A stretch of 64,000 bases of DNA from Gemmatimonadota bacterium (GCA_040389905.1 JAZJZK010000023.1:160407-224406); one strand, 5' to 3'. Positions 9,635 to 19,089 are shown, counted from the stretch's first letter. The notes: a model not told the origin generated them from the sequence alone. Numbers and translations: made by a program.

Positions 9635-11050
9635 TCAGGGACGCGCGGGAGCAGCCGCAGCACCGGCCGCTGGCCGGGCTGCATTCCCAGCCGTGCGCGC
9701 GATCGACTTGTGTCCGTTCGCTCCCACGGCGCGGACGGCAGCCCAGCCATCGTCGAGCTGAAAGTCGAGCTGCGCCGTCAGCCCCGTCGGAACGATGACC
9801 GCCCGGTCCCACGATGGCGACGTCGTCTTTCGAAGCAGTATCTCATACCGAACGGCGCCGGCGACTGGCGTCCACCGAACTGACCACGCCTGACCACCAG
9901 ACGCGGCGTTTTCTCGCCGCGCGATCACCGAGTCGGGCGAGGCCGGTGCGGAGGCAAGGGATATGAGCGTGGCGGCGTTGAGCCGGGCCACCTGGGCGAC
10001 ATAGCCGAAGTTCACGTGCGAGAAGTCGTCGGTCGGAAGATGTTGGCGCTTGTAGTTCTCGAGCCGTTCCGTAAAGCGAAGACCGGGCCAGCCCGCCGTG
10101 ACGTAGGGACTGTGATCGCCACCGCGGCCAATCCGATCGAGCCGAAAGACCGGCACGACCTCGAACGCAGGCTGGTAGAGCACGCCAAGTCCCCACACGT
10201 AGCGGCCGAGCTCGCGGCTTCCCGAGCTGTCCGGATCGGCAGCGTAGATGCGCACGCTGGTCGAGTCCACCGTGCCGTCTTCGGCGATGACATTGCCGAT
10301 GATGTCGTCCGTCATCCCTGCGATCACGTGTTTGCCCTCGGCCTTCAAACGCTGCGCAAGGTGCGTTGCTCCGAGCAGACCTTGCTCTTCGGCGGCGTGG
10401 AGGACGAAAATGACCGTGGCGTCAAGCCCCTTCGGATAGCGCGCGGAAATGACGCGCGCGAGCTCGACGACCGCGGAGGTTCCAGATCCGTCGTCGTCTG
10501 CGCCCGGTGCGTTGGAGGTCGAATCGACGTTTCCGGCGGTTGCGGCGCTACAGACGCAGGAGTCGTAATGGCCGCCGAGCACGATGACGCGATTCGTGTC
10601 GCGCCCCGGAAGAATACCGAGGACATTGACGATGTTGACGGCAAGCCGCTGCGGGTGACGGGCGACCGGAAGGACGGCGGCGTCGTACTCGACGCGGAGG
10701 CATCCACCGCACTCCCGACTGGATTGCTGAAGCTGCGCGAAGAGCCATCGGCGGGCGGCGCCAATGCCTCGGGAGCTCGAGAGCGTATCGGAGAAGGTGT
10801 TTCGCGTCCCGAACGAGACGAGCGCAGAATCGGTGGCGCGGATGCGTGCGGGCGAGATATCGCGGAGCGCGGCGGCAATGGCGGAATCGCGATTGAGGCC
10901 GATGCGGGGATCGCCGAGCCACCCGCTGCTCGCCGGAATGACGGCCACGCCATTGGCGGAGACGCCGACCTCGGTGGACGTCGAAATTGTGCGCGTCGCG
11001 CAGCCCGAGGCGAGCGCCAGGAGCACGCTCAATCGAGCTGCGGGCTTCAT
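9635..11050 (-). CDS. M28 family metallopeptidase, probable lipoprotein
   Basis: lipobox LASGC; GGHYDS, PGADDDGSG, AEEQGLLG, GGDH motifs; ATG 11050 overlaps the upstream stop. Confidence 0.9.
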   Translation of the reverse strand: MKPAARLSVLLALASGCATRTISTSTEVGVSANGVAVIPASSGWLGDPRIGLNRDSAIAAALRDISPARIRATDSALVSFGTRNTFSDTLSSSRGIGAARRWLFAQLQQSSRECGGCLRVEYDAAVLPVARHPQRLAVNIVNVLGILPGRDTNRVIVLGGHYDSCVCSAATAGNVDSTSNAPGADDDGSGTSAVVELARVISARYPKGLDATVIFVLHAAEEQGLLGATHLAQRLKAEGKHVIAGMTDDIIGNVIAEDGTVDSTSVRIYAADPDSSGSRELGRYVWGLGVLYQPAFEVVPVFRLDRIGRGGDHSPYVTAGWPGLRFTERLENYKRQHLPTDDFSHVNFGYVAQVARLNAATLISLASAPASPDSVIARRENAASGGQAWSVRWTPVAGAVRYEILLRKTTSPSWDRAVIVPTGLTAQLDFQLDDGWAAVRAVGANGHKSIARTAGNAARPAAGAAAAPARP

Positions 11051-11514
11051 CAAAACATCGACATCGCGAGGAACGACCGCAGCGAGTCGTTCGTACTTCG
11101 GAGCCGCGCCGACAAGAGCCTGGTCACCGACCAGAGGACCTTGTACGCCATCTCGCGATTGAAGTCGAGGAGCATCTCGAAGTCGGGTCGCGTGATGGTG
11201 AGCACGGTGGTGCCCCCGTTGGAGATGGCGTGTGTCGAGCGGTCGCTGCGGTCGAACACGGCCATTTCGCCGAACAGCGCGCCGAGTTTGAGAATGGCGA
11301 GCGCCTCCTCGCCGCTGCCGGGTACGTCGCGGCTGATGCGAACCTCGCCGTCGCAGATGAGGTACAGGCGGTTTCCGCTCTCGCCTTCGCGGAAGATGTA
11401 CTCGCCGCTGACGTACTTTTCCTCCTTGCAGACCTCGGCGATTTCCGCGAGTTCTGACTCCTCGAGATCCTTGAAGATGGCAACATTCTTGAGCAGCTCG
11501 ATCGTATCGGGCAT
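11050..11514 (-). CDS. stand-alone cyclic nucleotide-binding domain protein
   Basis: IFREGESGNRLYLICDGEV...FGEMAVFDRSDRST; no HTH domain. Confidence 0.9.
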   Translation of the reverse strand: MPDTIELLKNVAIFKDLEESELAEIAEVCKEEKYVSGEYIFREGESGNRLYLICDGEVRISRDVPGSGEEALAILKLGALFGEMAVFDRSDRSTHAISNGGTTVLTITRPDFEMLLDFNREMAYKVLWSVTRLLSARLRSTNDSLRSFLAMSMF

Positions 11515-11620
11515 GCGGCTCCGCAAGGGACGAGGAATGTCGAAGCTTATGAGGCGCGGAGATGCACGGCAAGGCGCGCGCCTGACGGCGGATCGAGCGG
11601 GCCGATTATCATTCGAGTCG

Positions 11621-12151
11621 ATGACCACTCACCGACGAACGCTGGGCAACCTTCCCAACCTCCTTTCCTGTTCGCGTCTCGTGCTCGCCGGTGGCTTTGT
11701 TGCCTGGAGCGGGACCGACGGCCGCGTCGGCATCATCGGGGTGGCGGCGATCACGGATTTCCTCGACGGCTGGCTCGCCCGGCGGGTGCACGCGACGTCG
11801 CGCTGGGGCGCACTCCTCGACCCGATCGCGGACCGTGTCTTCGTGCTCACCGTGGTCGGCACGCTCCTGTTTGGCGGCATGCTGACGGCCGGTGCGTACT
11901 ACGTACTGCTCATGCGCGACCTGGCGACGGCCATCGGTTTTCTCGTGGCCCGAGCGATTCCGTGGTTACGGCCGGTCGAGTTCAAGGCGCGTATGGCGGG
12001 CAAGCTCGTAACCGTCCTCCAGCTCTTTTTCCTCGTGTCCGTGCTCACGCTTCCTGAAGCCGCTCCCTACCTGCTCGCGGCGGTGGCGATCGCGTCGCTG
12101 TACGCGATCGGGGACTACACGCTGGCGCTCTGGCGACAGAGGGCGCGATGA
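11621..12151 (+). CDS. CDP-alcohol phosphatidyltransferase (PgsA-like)
   Basis: NLPNLLS...TDFLDGWLARR...WGALLDPIADR signature. Confidence 0.92.
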   Translation: MTTHRRTLGNLPNLLSCSRLVLAGGFVAWSGTDGRVGIIGVAAITDFLDGWLARRVHATSRWGALLDPIADRVFVLTVVGTLLFGGMLTAGAYYVLLMRDLATAIGFLVARAIPWLRPVEFKARMAGKLVTVLQLFFLVSVLTLPEAAPYLLAAVAIASLYAIGDYTLALWRQRAR

Positions 12152-12642
12152 GGAGCGGGCTGGCCGTGGTTCTCCTGACGTTCCTCGCGCAGTCTGTTGG
12201 TGCGCAGAATGTCACCGCGCCGCTCGACGAAGGGGTCAAGCCGGAGGCACGAGCGGACCTGGTACGAACCGGAAGTCGAACATCCCTCCAGTTGGGTGGA
12301 GGGGTGCAAATTCCGGCTGGCTACTACGCGAGAGTTGGCATTCTCGGGAGCGTAGCGGTGATGGCGAACGGTGGCCGTGCCGATCGGGGCCGACTTGACG
12401 TCACTGGCCGTTTCCTGCTGGACCCATTTCGGCAATCGCGCTGGGGACTCTCCGCCGGTGCCGGTTTGAGCATTCGGGTGCCGGACGGCATTGACGGTGG
12501 ACCGAAGCCCTACTTGCTGGCAGTCGTTGATCTCGAAGGGCCTCGTTCGGCGTCAGGAATTTCGCCGGCATTTCAGATTGGACTCGGCGGGGGACTGCGA
12601 ATTGGTGCTGCTTTGAGATGGGGAGGGGTGAGGGCGAGGTAG
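12148..12642 (+). CDS. hypothetical exported protein, possibly a small beta-barrel
   Basis: signal peptide ending AQSVGA; Gly-rich alternating beta-strands; ATGA coupling. Confidence 0.7.
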   Translation: MRSGLAVVLLTFLAQSVGAQNVTAPLDEGVKPEARADLVRTGSRTSLQLGGGVQIPAGYYARVGILGSVAVMANGGRADRGRLDVTGRFLLDPFRQSRWGLSAGAGLSIRVPDGIDGGPKPYLLAVVDLEGPRSASGISPAFQIGLGGGLRIGAALRWGGVRAR

Positions 12643-12675
12643 ACTCATTCCTCATGCACGCCGGCTTCGATTTGA

Positions 12676-12821
12676 ACCGCAGAGGGCGCAGAGGAGCAGA
12701 GGAACGCAGAGGAAAGCGTAACAGCAAGTGCGGGCCCTTCGCTGCGCTCACGGGCGACAAAACGAGCGGAGGTCTAATGGTTTTCCTCTGCGTACCTCTG
12801 CTCCTCTGCGTCCTCTGCGGT
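12676..12821. repeat. inverted repeat family B (CGCAGAGG arms) enclosing a REP-like hairpin
   Basis: 40-bp arms at 12676-12715 and 12782-12821 match 38/40; the loop has GTGCGGGCCCTTCGCTGCGCTCACGGGCGACAAAACGAGCGG. Confidence 0.95.
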
Positions 12822-12936
12822 GAACAGTGTCTCGCAGATGTCAGCGAAGGGGCGGAGGTAGGGGTGCCACCCGCAAAACAGGAAGAGCGCAACTTTACGT
12901 TACGCTCTCCAAAGTCTACAACCGATTTGAAGCGAG

Positions 12937-13224
12937 CTACGCTGCCGAGGCGGCGTCTGACTCCGTTCGCGCCTTGGGCGGCTGGGCGAAGCGCATTCCG
13001 AGTGTCTTGAGCTCGGTGATCTGCTGCTCGCTGAGCTCGGGAAAACGCTCAGTCATGTACTTGATCGTCTCGGCGAACCACTCCTCGACGTGTTCGGCGT
13101 CCGCGCCGACGACACCGCAACGCATGATGTGCTGAAACAGCTCATCGCGGGCTTGCTCGAAGGGCGAAGGCTCCACTGGACCGGCATAGCGACGTGACCC
13201 TGTATTTCTCTGCGGCTTGGCCAT
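12937..13224 (-). CDS. hypothetical protein (95 aa)
   Basis: MAKPQRNTG...FEQARDELFQHIMRCGV; plausible composition, start at ATG 13224. Confidence 0.75.
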   Translation of the reverse strand: MAKPQRNTGSRRYAGPVEPSPFEQARDELFQHIMRCGVVGADAEHVEEWFAETIKYMTERFPELSEQQITELKTLGMRFAQPPKARTESDAASAA

Positions 13225-13297
13225 GAATTCGGATAAAAGGTGATGGTATGAACAATATAACAGGGGACGAGCCGTCTTCCCAGACCAACAACGCACG

Positions 13298-14221
13298 TCA
13301 GCTCTGAAGTGCTGTAGCGCCGATGAACTCGAGCAGCAGCGACGCGAGCGTTTCAGGCGCCTCTTCGGGCACCAGACGGCCAACCCCCGGCAAATGTACT
13401 ACCCGGCTCCCCGGAATCGATTCGCTCAGGCGATCGGCGAATTTCGGCCCGATCCACGGATCCTGATCGCCCCACACGATGAGCGTCGGCTGATTCAACG
13501 TCCGGAGCTCGACGTCCTCCATGTCTTCGTCATCAATCGACCTGGCGAGCAACAGAAGATGGCTGAGCCCTTCCTCACCAACGTACGGGGCCAGATACCG
13601 AGCAATGAGCTTATCCGGCATATGGGTCTCATTCGAGACGCTCTTCCGCAGCAACTCGCCCAGAATCGGCGCCGCACCCAGGATTCCTCGACTCACCCGG
13701 AACGCGAAGCGTGCCGTGTTGCGCTGAAGCGTCTTGATATCCTCCGCCGGAATCTCGTCCATCGCGATCGGGTTCAGCAGAAGCAGCCGCTCGACGCGTT
13801 CAGGGCGTGTCGCGGCCAATCGCAGCGCCACGGCAGCGCCGAGGTCCAGACCGATGACGGCCGCCTTGGGTAGCCTGAGCGCCGTGAGCGCGCGATCGAC
13901 GAGCTCCGTCTGGCCGGCGATTCCGAAATCGGCGTCGAACGGCCGATCCGATTCCCCATATCCGAAGAGGTCGATGGCGAAGGCGGTCCGGTTCGCGAGG
14001 GCGATCTCCGGGCCGATGCTTCGCCAGATGAAGCTCGAGGTGCCAAAGCCATGCAGCAGCACCACCGGCGTACCGCCGTGACCGTAGCGCTCGACGTGAA
14101 TCGACCCCGGGCCCACGGGAATCCGCAACAGATCAGCGTCGATAGGACCCTCCTCCTGCCGTTCGGTGTAGTTGCGAGGCAACCGTGCACAAGCACTGGA
14201 GGTAGCTCCGGCATTGCCCAC
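13298..14221 (-). CDS. alpha/beta fold hydrolase with Arg at the catalytic His position
   Basis: LLHGFG oxyanion motif, GLDLGA nucleophile elbow, WGDQD, GVGRLVPEE; start uncertain (GTG 14221 or TTG 14182). Confidence 0.88.
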   Translation of the reverse strand: MGNAGATSSACARLPRNYTERQEEGPIDADLLRIPVGPGSIHVERYGHGGTPVVLLHGFGTSSFIWRSIGPEIALANRTAFAIDLFGYGESDRPFDADFGIAGQTELVDRALTALRLPKAAVIGLDLGAAVALRLAATRPERVERLLLLNPIAMDEIPAEDIKTLQRNTARFAFRVSRGILGAAPILGELLRKSVSNETHMPDKLIARYLAPYVGEEGLSHLLLLARSIDDEDMEDVELRTLNQPTLIVWGDQDPWIGPKFADRLSESIPGSRVVHLPGVGRLVPEEAPETLASLLLEFIGATALQS

Positions 14222-14355
14222 GGGTCAAGAGCAGTTCGCAATGCACGCCTCGCGCCGCGGCTACTTTCGCACTCCGGCGCGTTGCCTGAAGGCCCCGTTC
14301 CTCCCTACCTTTCCAAACTTACTCGTCATCACGGCAGTTTCACGCTGAGGCACAT

Positions 14356-15174
14356 ATGGCAAAGAAATCAGAGCAGGGCACCAGCCACCGAGCGAGACGC
14401 CCCGGCGTCGTGCAGAATGCGAAGCGGGGCGGTCCGGGCCGCGGATTCTGGCTGGGGCTCGCGGGTATCGCGGTGCTCGGCATTGCCGTGCTGGCTTGGC
14501 AGACGACCCAGAAACCGGCGGCGATCCGAAAGGTCGACCCCAGCCTCCCCACCCTGAAGGCGGAGGGCTACCTCATGGGCAGCCCCACGGCGCCTCTCGA
14601 GATCGTCGAGTTCGCTGACTTCGAATGTCCAAGCTGCGGCCAATTCGCCACGCTCACGGAACCCGACGTGCGTGCGCGGCTCGTGAACACCGGCAAGGTC
14701 CGCATCCGCTTCATGGACTTCCCACTCGAGATGCACAAGAACACCTGGCACGCACACCTCGCCGCGGCGTGCGCCAACGACCAGGGCAAGTTCTGGGAAA
14801 TGCATGACGCGATCTTCGCCAACCAGGACAAGTGGAACGGCGAGACGACCGGCCGCCCGCGCGGTCCGCTGGGCGACCTTGCCAAGGGGATCGGACTGGA
14901 CATGGCGAAGTACAACACCTGCATGGACGCCGAAACGCACCTCCCACAGGTCCAGGCGAATCAGGCCGAGGGACTTCGGCGTAACGTCAACCAGACCCCG
15001 ACGTTCCTGTTCGGCGACGAACTGCGTCCCGGCGCTGCCTCCTTCGACACGTTCAAGGCGTACGCAGAAATGGCCCTTGCCGCAGACAGCACGCGGAAGG
15101 CGAAGGAAGCCGACAGCGTCGCCAAGGCGGCGAAGACCGCGCCCAAGCTGGACAACGCGAAAAAGGGGACGTGA
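14356..15174 (+). CDS. DsbA family thiol-disulfide oxidoreductase
   Basis: N-terminal TM; EFADFECPSC; QGKFWEMHDAIF; cis-Pro loop QTPTF. Confidence 0.93.
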   Translation: MAKKSEQGTSHRARRPGVVQNAKRGGPGRGFWLGLAGIAVLGIAVLAWQTTQKPAAIRKVDPSLPTLKAEGYLMGSPTAPLEIVEFADFECPSCGQFATLTEPDVRARLVNTGKVRIRFMDFPLEMHKNTWHAHLAAACANDQGKFWEMHDAIFANQDKWNGETTGRPRGPLGDLAKGIGLDMAKYNTCMDAETHLPQVQANQAEGLRRNVNQTPTFLFGDELRPGAASFDTFKAYAEMALAADSTRKAKEADSVAKAAKTAPKLDNAKKGT

Positions 15175-15704
15175 ACAAACGCAGTCTGGCCGCACTCGTC
15201 GCGCTGGCCGGGGTATTCGTCGCGCTCTACCTGACGATGTACAAATTGGGGTACATCGGCACACTCGCCTGCGCTGTGGGGTCGTGCGAGAAAGTGCAAA
15301 CGTCCAAGTGGGCGACGTTCCTCGGCGTCCCCGTGGGCGCGTGGGGCGTCGCCTACTACCTCGGCGTGCTCGGGATCTCGCTGGCTGGATTGTCGCCGAA
15401 GCTCGCTGAGCGGCGCGAGGTCTCGCAGCTACTCGTGGGAGTCACTGGTATCGGGCTGCTGTTCTCGCTCTGGTTGACGTACCTCGAGCTCTTCGTGATC
15501 GACGCGATTTGCCAGTGGTGCGTCATCTCGGCGATTCTGGCGACGGCGCTGTTCGTCATCTCGTGGATGGACCTGCGCGAGGTGACGGCTTGGTCGCTGG
15601 AGTTGGCGGAGGATGCGGCCGACGCGCTGCGGGGCTCGGGGTTCGGGGCGGGGATTCGGAATACGTCCGAAGTCAGTCTGCGGGCAGTCCGAAACGAAGA
15701 CTGA
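15171..15704 (+). CDS. vitamin K epoxide reductase (VKOR) family protein
   Basis: CAVGSCEKVQTSKWA and ICQWC motifs; TM helices; coupled to DsbA. Confidence 0.93.
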   Translation: MNKRSLAALVALAGVFVALYLTMYKLGYIGTLACAVGSCEKVQTSKWATFLGVPVGAWGVAYYLGVLGISLAGLSPKLAERREVSQLLVGVTGIGLLFSLWLTYLELFVIDAICQWCVISAILATALFVISWMDLREVTAWSLELAEDAADALRGSGFGAGIRNTSEVSLRAVRNED

Positions 15705-15709
15705 ACTGC

Positions 15710-15958
15710 CGTACGATCGTACTTCGTACAACCACTGACGTACGAGGTACCCGGACCCGGTACGCTGACTTGCATCGAGGCCAAAGAGAGCCATCGACAC
15801 TGTCGATGTCACTGACCCAACGCCAAACGCCGTCCGAAGTTGAGGACGGCGTTCTTCGTAACAACCCTTTCTGATGGCTCTCTTCGGCCATTATGCCAGT
15901 CCGAGTACCGGGTCAGGGTTCTCAGTACGTATGTGGTTGTACTCGGTACGTCCGTACG
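15710..15958. repeat. about 250-bp imperfect inverted repeat (family D, GTAC-rich arms)
   Basis: arms at 15710-15795 and 15873-15958 are complementary over about 86 bp; internal hairpin AACGCCGTCC/GGACGGCGTT. Confidence 0.92.
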
Positions 15959-15962
15959 TCTG

Positions 15963-16349
15963 TCACGCTCTTTTCACTCCCCGCTTCGCCTCGGCTGACT
16001 CCCCAATCCGTAGCGGCGGCCGCGAATCGTCCGTCGTTGGCGGCAGGTCATCACGCGAACGCTTGCGGTACGGCACCAGATCCTGACCGAGCACGACGAG
16101 TGTCCTCGTCGCCACCGTGCTCGCGAGCGGTTCGGGGATCGACATCTGCCGCACATACGTGTCGATCGCGCGATCGAAGCTGAGGTCTTCCGCCAGCGTG
16201 TCCACGAACATCAGCGCATTGTCGACGTGCGTGCGGATGATCGACTCCTCGGCGCGTGCCTGCGCGAGGCGCAACCGGCGCTCCGCGGACGGGTCGATCT
16301 TTCGAGCGAAAATGTTCTCGGGGAACAGGCGCTTGAGGCGATTCCACAT
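15963..16349 (-). CDS. hypothetical protein
   Basis: 128-aa ORF MWNRLKRLFPE...THVDNALMFVDTL; helical, coding-like. Confidence 0.75.
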   Translation of the reverse strand: MWNRLKRLFPENIFARKIDPSAERRLRLAQARAEESIIRTHVDNALMFVDTLAEDLSFDRAIDTYVRQMSIPEPLASTVATRTLVVLGQDLVPYRKRSRDDLPPTTDDSRPPLRIGESAEAKRGVKRA

Positions 16350-16420
16350 GGTTCCGGTCGTCCGCAGGTTGGGTGCTCGAGCGAATAGAGCAGGGAATGT
16401 ACCAAAGGCCGGGTGGCCGA

Positions 16421-16446
16421 GGACAGGGACAGCGGACAGGGACAGG
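16421..16446. repeat. short GGACAG tandem motif, a half-element
   Basis: GGACAGGGACAGCGGACAGGGACAGG; the same motif flanks the REP at 32705. Confidence 0.55.
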
Positions 16447-16512
16447 AACTACACCGTCCGATGGCGGATGATTGCTACCGCGACGTAGAATTCTCGACCT
16501 CTTTCCCACCAC

Positions 16513-17787
16513 ATGCGCCGCCTAGCCAGAAACCTCACATTTCAGGTCCTCCTCGCCATCACGCTCGGTGCGCTGCTCGGCTTTTTCGCGCCCGACGCCG
16601 GCAAGGCCATGAAGCCCGTTGGCGACACGTTCGTGAACCTCGTGAAAATGATCATCACACCAGTCATTTTCCTCACGATCGTTCTCGGCATTGCCAGCAT
16701 GAGCGACCTCAAGAAGGTCGGCCGAGTGGGAGGCAAGGCGCTGCTGTACTTCGAAGTCGTGACGACCTTCGCGCTCGCGATCGGCATGTTCGTCGTCAAC
16801 ATCACGAAGCCAGGTGCGGGGCTCGACGTCAGCGCGCTCGGAAAGGGCGACATCTCCAAGTACGCCGAGGCCGGCAAGGCGCTCACCTTCGTGGACTTTG
16901 TGACGCACATCGTGCCGACGAGCGTCGTGGGTGCGTTTGCGAATGGCGATGTCCTTCAGGTTGTGTTCTTCGCCGTGCTGTTCGGCATTGCACTCGCCTT
17001 TACGGGAGACGCGGGACTTCCAGTCACCGACTTCCTGGATCGGCTGTCACGCGTGTTTTTCCGCATCGTCGCGATCGTGATGAAGGTGGCACCCATCGGT
17101 GCATTCGGTGCCATGGCGTACACGGTCGGTGCGTTCGGCGTGAAGGCATTGGTGCCGCTCGGTCGCCTCATGCTCGATGTCTATCTCACGATGTTCCTGT
17201 TCATCTTCATCGTGCTGAACCTGATCCTGCGTGCGTACGGTTTCTCGCTCTGGCAGTACCTCACGTTCATTCGCGAAGAAATCCTCATCGTACTCGGCAC
17301 GTCGTCGAGCGAGGCGGCACTCCCGCGCATGCTCGCGAAGATGGAGAAGTACGGGTGTTCGCGGTCGGTCGTCGGGCTCGTCATACCCGCCGGCTACTCG
17401 TTCAACCTCGACGGGACGTCGATCTATCTATCGATGGCGACGATCTTCATCGCGCAGGCGTTCAAGGTCAACCTGACGATTGCACAACAACTGAGCGTCC
17501 TCGGCGTGTTGATGCTCACGTCGAAAGGCGCCGCCGGCGTTACGGGCTCCGGCTTCATCGTCCTTGCGAGCACGCTCTCGGCGATGCAGGTCGTGCCGAT
17601 CGAAGGTGTGGCCATCCTGCTGGGTGTCGATCGCTTCATGAGCGAGGCGCGCGCGATTACGAACCTGATTGGAAACGGTGCGGCAACGCTCGTCATTGCG
17701 CGCAGCGAGAATTCATTCGATGAGTCGGTCCGCGTGGCCGGCATCGCCGATCTGCACGCGGAACGCATTGCCGGCGCCGCGGCGTAA
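16513..17787 (+). CDS. dctA: C4-dicarboxylate transporter (DAACS family)
   Basis: FVNLVKMII, GTSSSEAALP, GYSFNLDGT, TSKGAAGVTGSGF, GVDRFMSEAR. Confidence 0.93.
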   Translation: MRRLARNLTFQVLLAITLGALLGFFAPDAGKAMKPVGDTFVNLVKMIITPVIFLTIVLGIASMSDLKKVGRVGGKALLYFEVVTTFALAIGMFVVNITKPGAGLDVSALGKGDISKYAEAGKALTFVDFVTHIVPTSVVGAFANGDVLQVVFFAVLFGIALAFTGDAGLPVTDFLDRLSRVFFRIVAIVMKVAPIGAFGAMAYTVGAFGVKALVPLGRLMLDVYLTMFLFIFIVLNLILRAYGFSLWQYLTFIREEILIVLGTSSSEAALPRMLAKMEKYGCSRSVVGLVIPAGYSFNLDGTSIYLSMATIFIAQAFKVNLTIAQQLSVLGVLMLTSKGAAGVTGSGFIVLASTLSAMQVVPIEGVAILLGVDRFMSEARAITNLIGNGAATLVIARSENSFDESVRVAGIADLHAERIAGAAA

Positions 17788-17811
17788 CCCCCACCTCGGA
17801 TTACCAACCCC

Positions 17812-18198
17812 ATGACCCACCACCCCATCCACGCGGCCGACCTTCCGAAGCCCGTTGGTCCCTACTCGCCCGGCATGGGATTCGAGCGCCTCATCTTTGT
17901 CTCCGGTCAGGGCGCGACGGACCCTGCCACAGGACAGCTTGCCGGAGCGGGTGCGGCAGCGCAGACGGCGCAATGCCTGGCCAACGTCCGCACGATTCTC
18001 CAGGCGGCGGGGAGCGATCTCCAATACGTGCTCCGCTGCGGCGTCTTCCTTCTCGACATGGGAGAATTTCAGGAAATGAATGGCGTTTACGAGCGTGTTT
18101 TCGGCGAGCATCGGCCGGCGCGGACGACCATTCAGGCCGCGGGGCTTCCAGGCGTCGGTCTTCGAGTCGAAATCGATTGTATCGCGTACGTGCCTTGA
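17812..18198 (+). CDS. RidA/YjgF family protein
   Basis: PVGPYS, IFVSGQ, MNGVY, RPART, VEIDCIA. Confidence 0.92.
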   Translation: MTHHPIHAADLPKPVGPYSPGMGFERLIFVSGQGATDPATGQLAGAGAAAQTAQCLANVRTILQAAGSDLQYVLRCGVFLLDMGEFQEMNGVYERVFGEHRPARTTIQAAGLPGVGLRVEIDCIAYVP

Positions 18199-18228
18199 AA
18201 ATGTAGTCGCGGGAGCCTACATTCGGGG

Positions 18229-18525
18229 ATGCGCACTATCGGCATCAGGGAACTCAAGGCTCAGCTGAGCCAAGCCATCCGTGACGTTCAGGGCGGAGAA
18301 ACCCTGCTCGTCACCGATCGCGGCAGGGTCGTCGCTGAACTCCGGCGTCCCGACGCGGCTCAGTCCGCTGCGGGTACGCCACAGGCGCGCGCGCTCGCAC
18401 GCATGGTTGCTGACGGGCACCTGAAAGTTGCGGAGCGGCAGCGTGTCTGGTATGCGGCGTCGCCGCTGCGTTCAGAGGCTGGGCTCGCGCGCGAGCTTCT
18501 GGATGAGGAGCGCGGCGACGGTTGA
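18229..18525 (+). CDS. type II antitoxin, Phd/YefM family
   Basis: IGIRELKAQLS...GETLLVTDRGRVVAEL; lies upstream of a PIN gene. Confidence 0.88.
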   Translation: MRTIGIRELKAQLSQAIRDVQGGETLLVTDRGRVVAELRRPDAAQSAAGTPQARALARMVADGHLKVAERQRVWYAASPLRSEAGLARELLDEERGDG

Positions 18526-18944
18526 TCGTCTACGCAGAGTCGGGCGCAGTGCTCGCCTGGCTCCTCGGCGAGCCATCGCAGGAGCAGACGCTCGACATCT
18601 TGCGGCGTGCGGAGCGTGTTGTCGCGTCAACACTCACGGGGCTCGAGTGCGCTCGCGGTCTCGCGAGAGCGAAAGCTGCCAATCGAATCTCGGAAACGGA
18701 CGAACTTGCGGCGCTCCGGTTACTCGATGTCGCCGAGTCTACCTGGGACCTACTCGACCTGGCGGGACGCGTGATCGAGGACGCGCGGGGCGCGTTTCCC
18801 GTCGAACCGGTCCGGTCGCTCGACGCCATTCATCTCGCGACGGCCCTGATGTTTCAGGAGGCGTTCGGACCGGTTGTCATGTTGTCCTTCGACGACCGCA
18901 TTCGAGCAAATGCGACCGCATTGGGATTAAGCGTCGCTGGCTGA
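18522..18944 (+). CDS. type II toxin, PIN domain (VapC-like)
   Basis: VYAESGAVLAWLLGE...VRSLDAIHLATA...SFDDR; TTG start overlaps the antitoxin stop. Confidence 0.88.
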   Translation: MIVYAESGAVLAWLLGEPSQEQTLDILRRAERVVASTLTGLECARGLARAKAANRISETDELAALRLLDVAESTWDLLDLAGRVIEDARGAFPVEPVRSLDAIHLATALMFQEAFGPVVMLSFDDRIRANATALGLSVAG

Positions 18945-18995
18945 TCATTCTCGCGAAGCAGGCAGCAGCGCAAGCGAAACACGGTTCACGCTATT

Positions 18996-19089
18996 ACCGC
19001 AGCGGGCGCAGAGGCGCAGCGGTTCGCAGAGGAAAGCGTAACAACAGGTGCAGGCCCTTCGCTTCGCTCAGGGCGACAAAACAAGCGGA
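18996..19089. repeat. family B left arm plus REP-like hairpin (right arm missing)
   Basis: about 94 bp colinear and highly similar to 12676-12770. Confidence 0.9.

Noticed and set aside
11051..11572. N-terminal extension of the M28 ORF (645 aa)
   Set aside because: It overlaps the cNMP-binding gene out of frame; the lipoprotein signal begins at ATG 11050
10016..11620. 711-aa ORF 10016..12151 read as a large fusion protein
   Set aside because: Only the last 176 aa (from ATG 11621) are a CDP-alcohol phosphatidyltransferase; the rest is the antisense shadow of the M28 and cNMP genes
12618..13010. 130-aa ORF spanning the family B palindrome
   Set aside because: It is a translation of the repeat arms (RRGRRGAEERRG / LCVPLLLCVLCG) and overlaps real genes on both sides
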